Shown piece by piece: positions 62,111-64,000 of a stretch of DNA of 64,000 nucleotides (the first letter of the stretch is position 1; every line of letters starts with the position of its first letter). Source of the DNA: Macrostomum lignano (lineage: Eukaryota); assembly GCA_002269645.1 (NCBI GenBank), contig NIVC01003098.1, positions 1 through 64,000 of the forward strand, written 5' to 3'. Below the pieces are notes generated by a model. The model was given only the letters and a program-made list of their open reading frames with translations, did not search any database and had not been told where the DNA came from. A program made the position numbers and the translations under genes.

Positions 62111-62481
62111 GGGTCCATGAAAATTGCCTGCAGGAGATTTGTCCACTGAGCTTTTCCTGCCAAGTTTTTTTCCTACCAAGGTTTGCCTGCAATGCTTTTT
62201 TTCTACAGCACATTTAGCCACATGGTATATTTTGTCTACATTGCCTCTGCAATGCTTAGTAAGTCTTAATAAAAAGATTTAACTGATCAAACATTTTGAT
62301 AATAACTGCATATTTTTGGGGGAGGGACATTGCAGACAGAATCTAGCTGCCAAATATTCTATAGGAAAAAGCTTTGTAGGCAAATCTTAGTACGAGCTAG
62401 GAAAAGCTTGGCAAGCAAATTTTGATCTCTTGCAGGCAAATCTTTGCAGCTAATTTGTCTATGGACAATTTTCATGGACCC
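62111..62481. mobile_element. Decayed MITE
   Basis: gggtccatgaaaattg ... caattttcatggaccc; internal ttgcctgca/ttgcaggcaa motifs. Confidence 0.6.
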
Positions 62482-64000
62482 ATCTGGAGGCATTTCTTGT
62501 GCTCTTGTATCAAGCTTCTAGTTCTATATTTTTGCTAATTATGAATTCTAAAACAACTGAACATATAGAAGAACATAAACTACGTTGAAAGTTGTTTTTA
62601 CTACTAAACAACTTATTATCTCTTTGTTGGTATCATTTCATTCTATATATATTTGGCATTAGACACTTTGACAACTAGAAAAAAGATTGTAATGACTGGA
62701 TTGCTAGTTTGATATATGATTTAAATGATATATATGTTTTGTCTTCTTATATCTTTCTAATAGGAATTGTCACAAATTTCAATAATATAAACTAAAGGAC
62801 TACCTTTTTTATAATTACTAGAAAAGAATATATCCAAATCAATAATATACATAACTATTTTGTTTTACTAATAAATATTTTTAATTTTCAAGTAATATAG
62901 ATTTTGTTATTTTGCAATAATTATTTGCTATATCTATTGCTTGTTGCATTGTTTCTGTGCTTATTAATCATACAATTTTTATTGGTATATCATTTAATTA
63001 AACATTTAATTGGCATACTTTACTAGCATACACTTTACTAGAGTAGAATAGTTAATATAATCATTTCTTGCAGTCAAAATGAATTAACAAATGGAATTTG
63101 ACAATTTCTTAAATTTAGAAGTGGGGCATATATACTGGTATACATTTTACTTACTAGCCAAATACTTTCTGTCTTAGGCTATATAAAACATAATCTATAA
63201 TATAGACTAGGCCTAAACTCCTTACAAATGCTTTTAGCTCTAGAAATCCTTCTAGGAAAGGATTTTTCCCTAGAATAATTTTTTTATTTGTTGCTTTTAT
63301 TTTTAGTACTCCTATATAGTTTTAGTTCTAATATAAAAAGGAATCTTTTTGACATTTTTCTTCTTTGTCATTTTCAGGTTTCTATGTCAGTATATCTTAA
63401 TGAATTCCCAACTTCTTAAGTCTTATATTATATATAATATTTTTTGTCAAATTTTACATTTGTTTTTACAAACAAGCAAACTACCTTGGCTTAATCTAAA
63501 AATAGCTTTAAGCAGCATTGACTGTTGGACACAATTAATAAAAATCTTAACTTCCATTAATGGCAAAAGCATTAGCATTACAACAAAAATATTAACTTAT
63601 TAACTCTTAATTTTGTTAAATTAACAGAAAATTAACTGATAATCATTAATAAACATTAATCTATTAAAGTTAACATAAAAAAGACAGAAATCTTGCACTT
63701 TTTTTAAACAGACTTCCACAATGCACTGTCTTTGCTTTTCCACCTTTTTAGCAAAACACGGAGGTTATCTAAGGGATTTAGAAGCTAAAAAAGAATAAAT
63801 ATTAATTTTTTTTAAATGTATATATAATACTACAAGTACTAAAAGTAAGCATACGGTAAAAGAAGTAACTTGTTTATTTGAAACTTGAAAGCTAATTAGT
63901 TAATAATAAAAATATGAATAGGAAGGTTGTATCAATAGCATTGATAGGCGCAGCAGAAATTATGGAAGATTAGGAAAGAAGTGAATCAAAGTGATTGATG

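Noticed and set aside
60134-64000. 14-3-3 exon 1 or other genes among the short ORFs here
   Set aside because: No AEQAERYD-like sequence; the ORFs are low-complexity AT-rich noise.

Overview
Eukaryotic animal genomic DNA with GT-AG introns; nothing prokaryotic. GC-rich exons and minisatellite-filled introns resemble the flatworm Macrostomum lignano (inference only). Five genes were reconstructed exon by exon: the 3' ~1,480 codons of a divergent type IV collagen (+, ends 11602), a TFCP2/UBP1 (LSF/grainyhead family) factor (-), MRPS5 (-), a PP2A B56 subunit (-, apparent 4-nt frameshift) and 14-3-3 epsilon (-, exon 1 outside the window). A sixth, orphan two-exon fragment may end in a SHOCT-like helix. 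The rest is about 20 intronic mini/microsatellites, two tRNA-derived SINE families, MITEs, a CACTA-like element, an internally deleted R1/LOA-like LINE and a four-element nest containing a spliced MULE transposase. Most notable: (1) directional CA/TG/CG->TA hypermutation, RIP-like in spectrum, in repeats upstream of the second or first coding exons of three housekeeping genes; (2) a collagen IV lacking the Met93/Lys211 sulfilimine residues but carrying about 15 N-glycosylation sequons and Cys-containing interruptions; (3) introns filled almost edge to edge by intron-specific minisatellites. All alignments and counts were done by eye.
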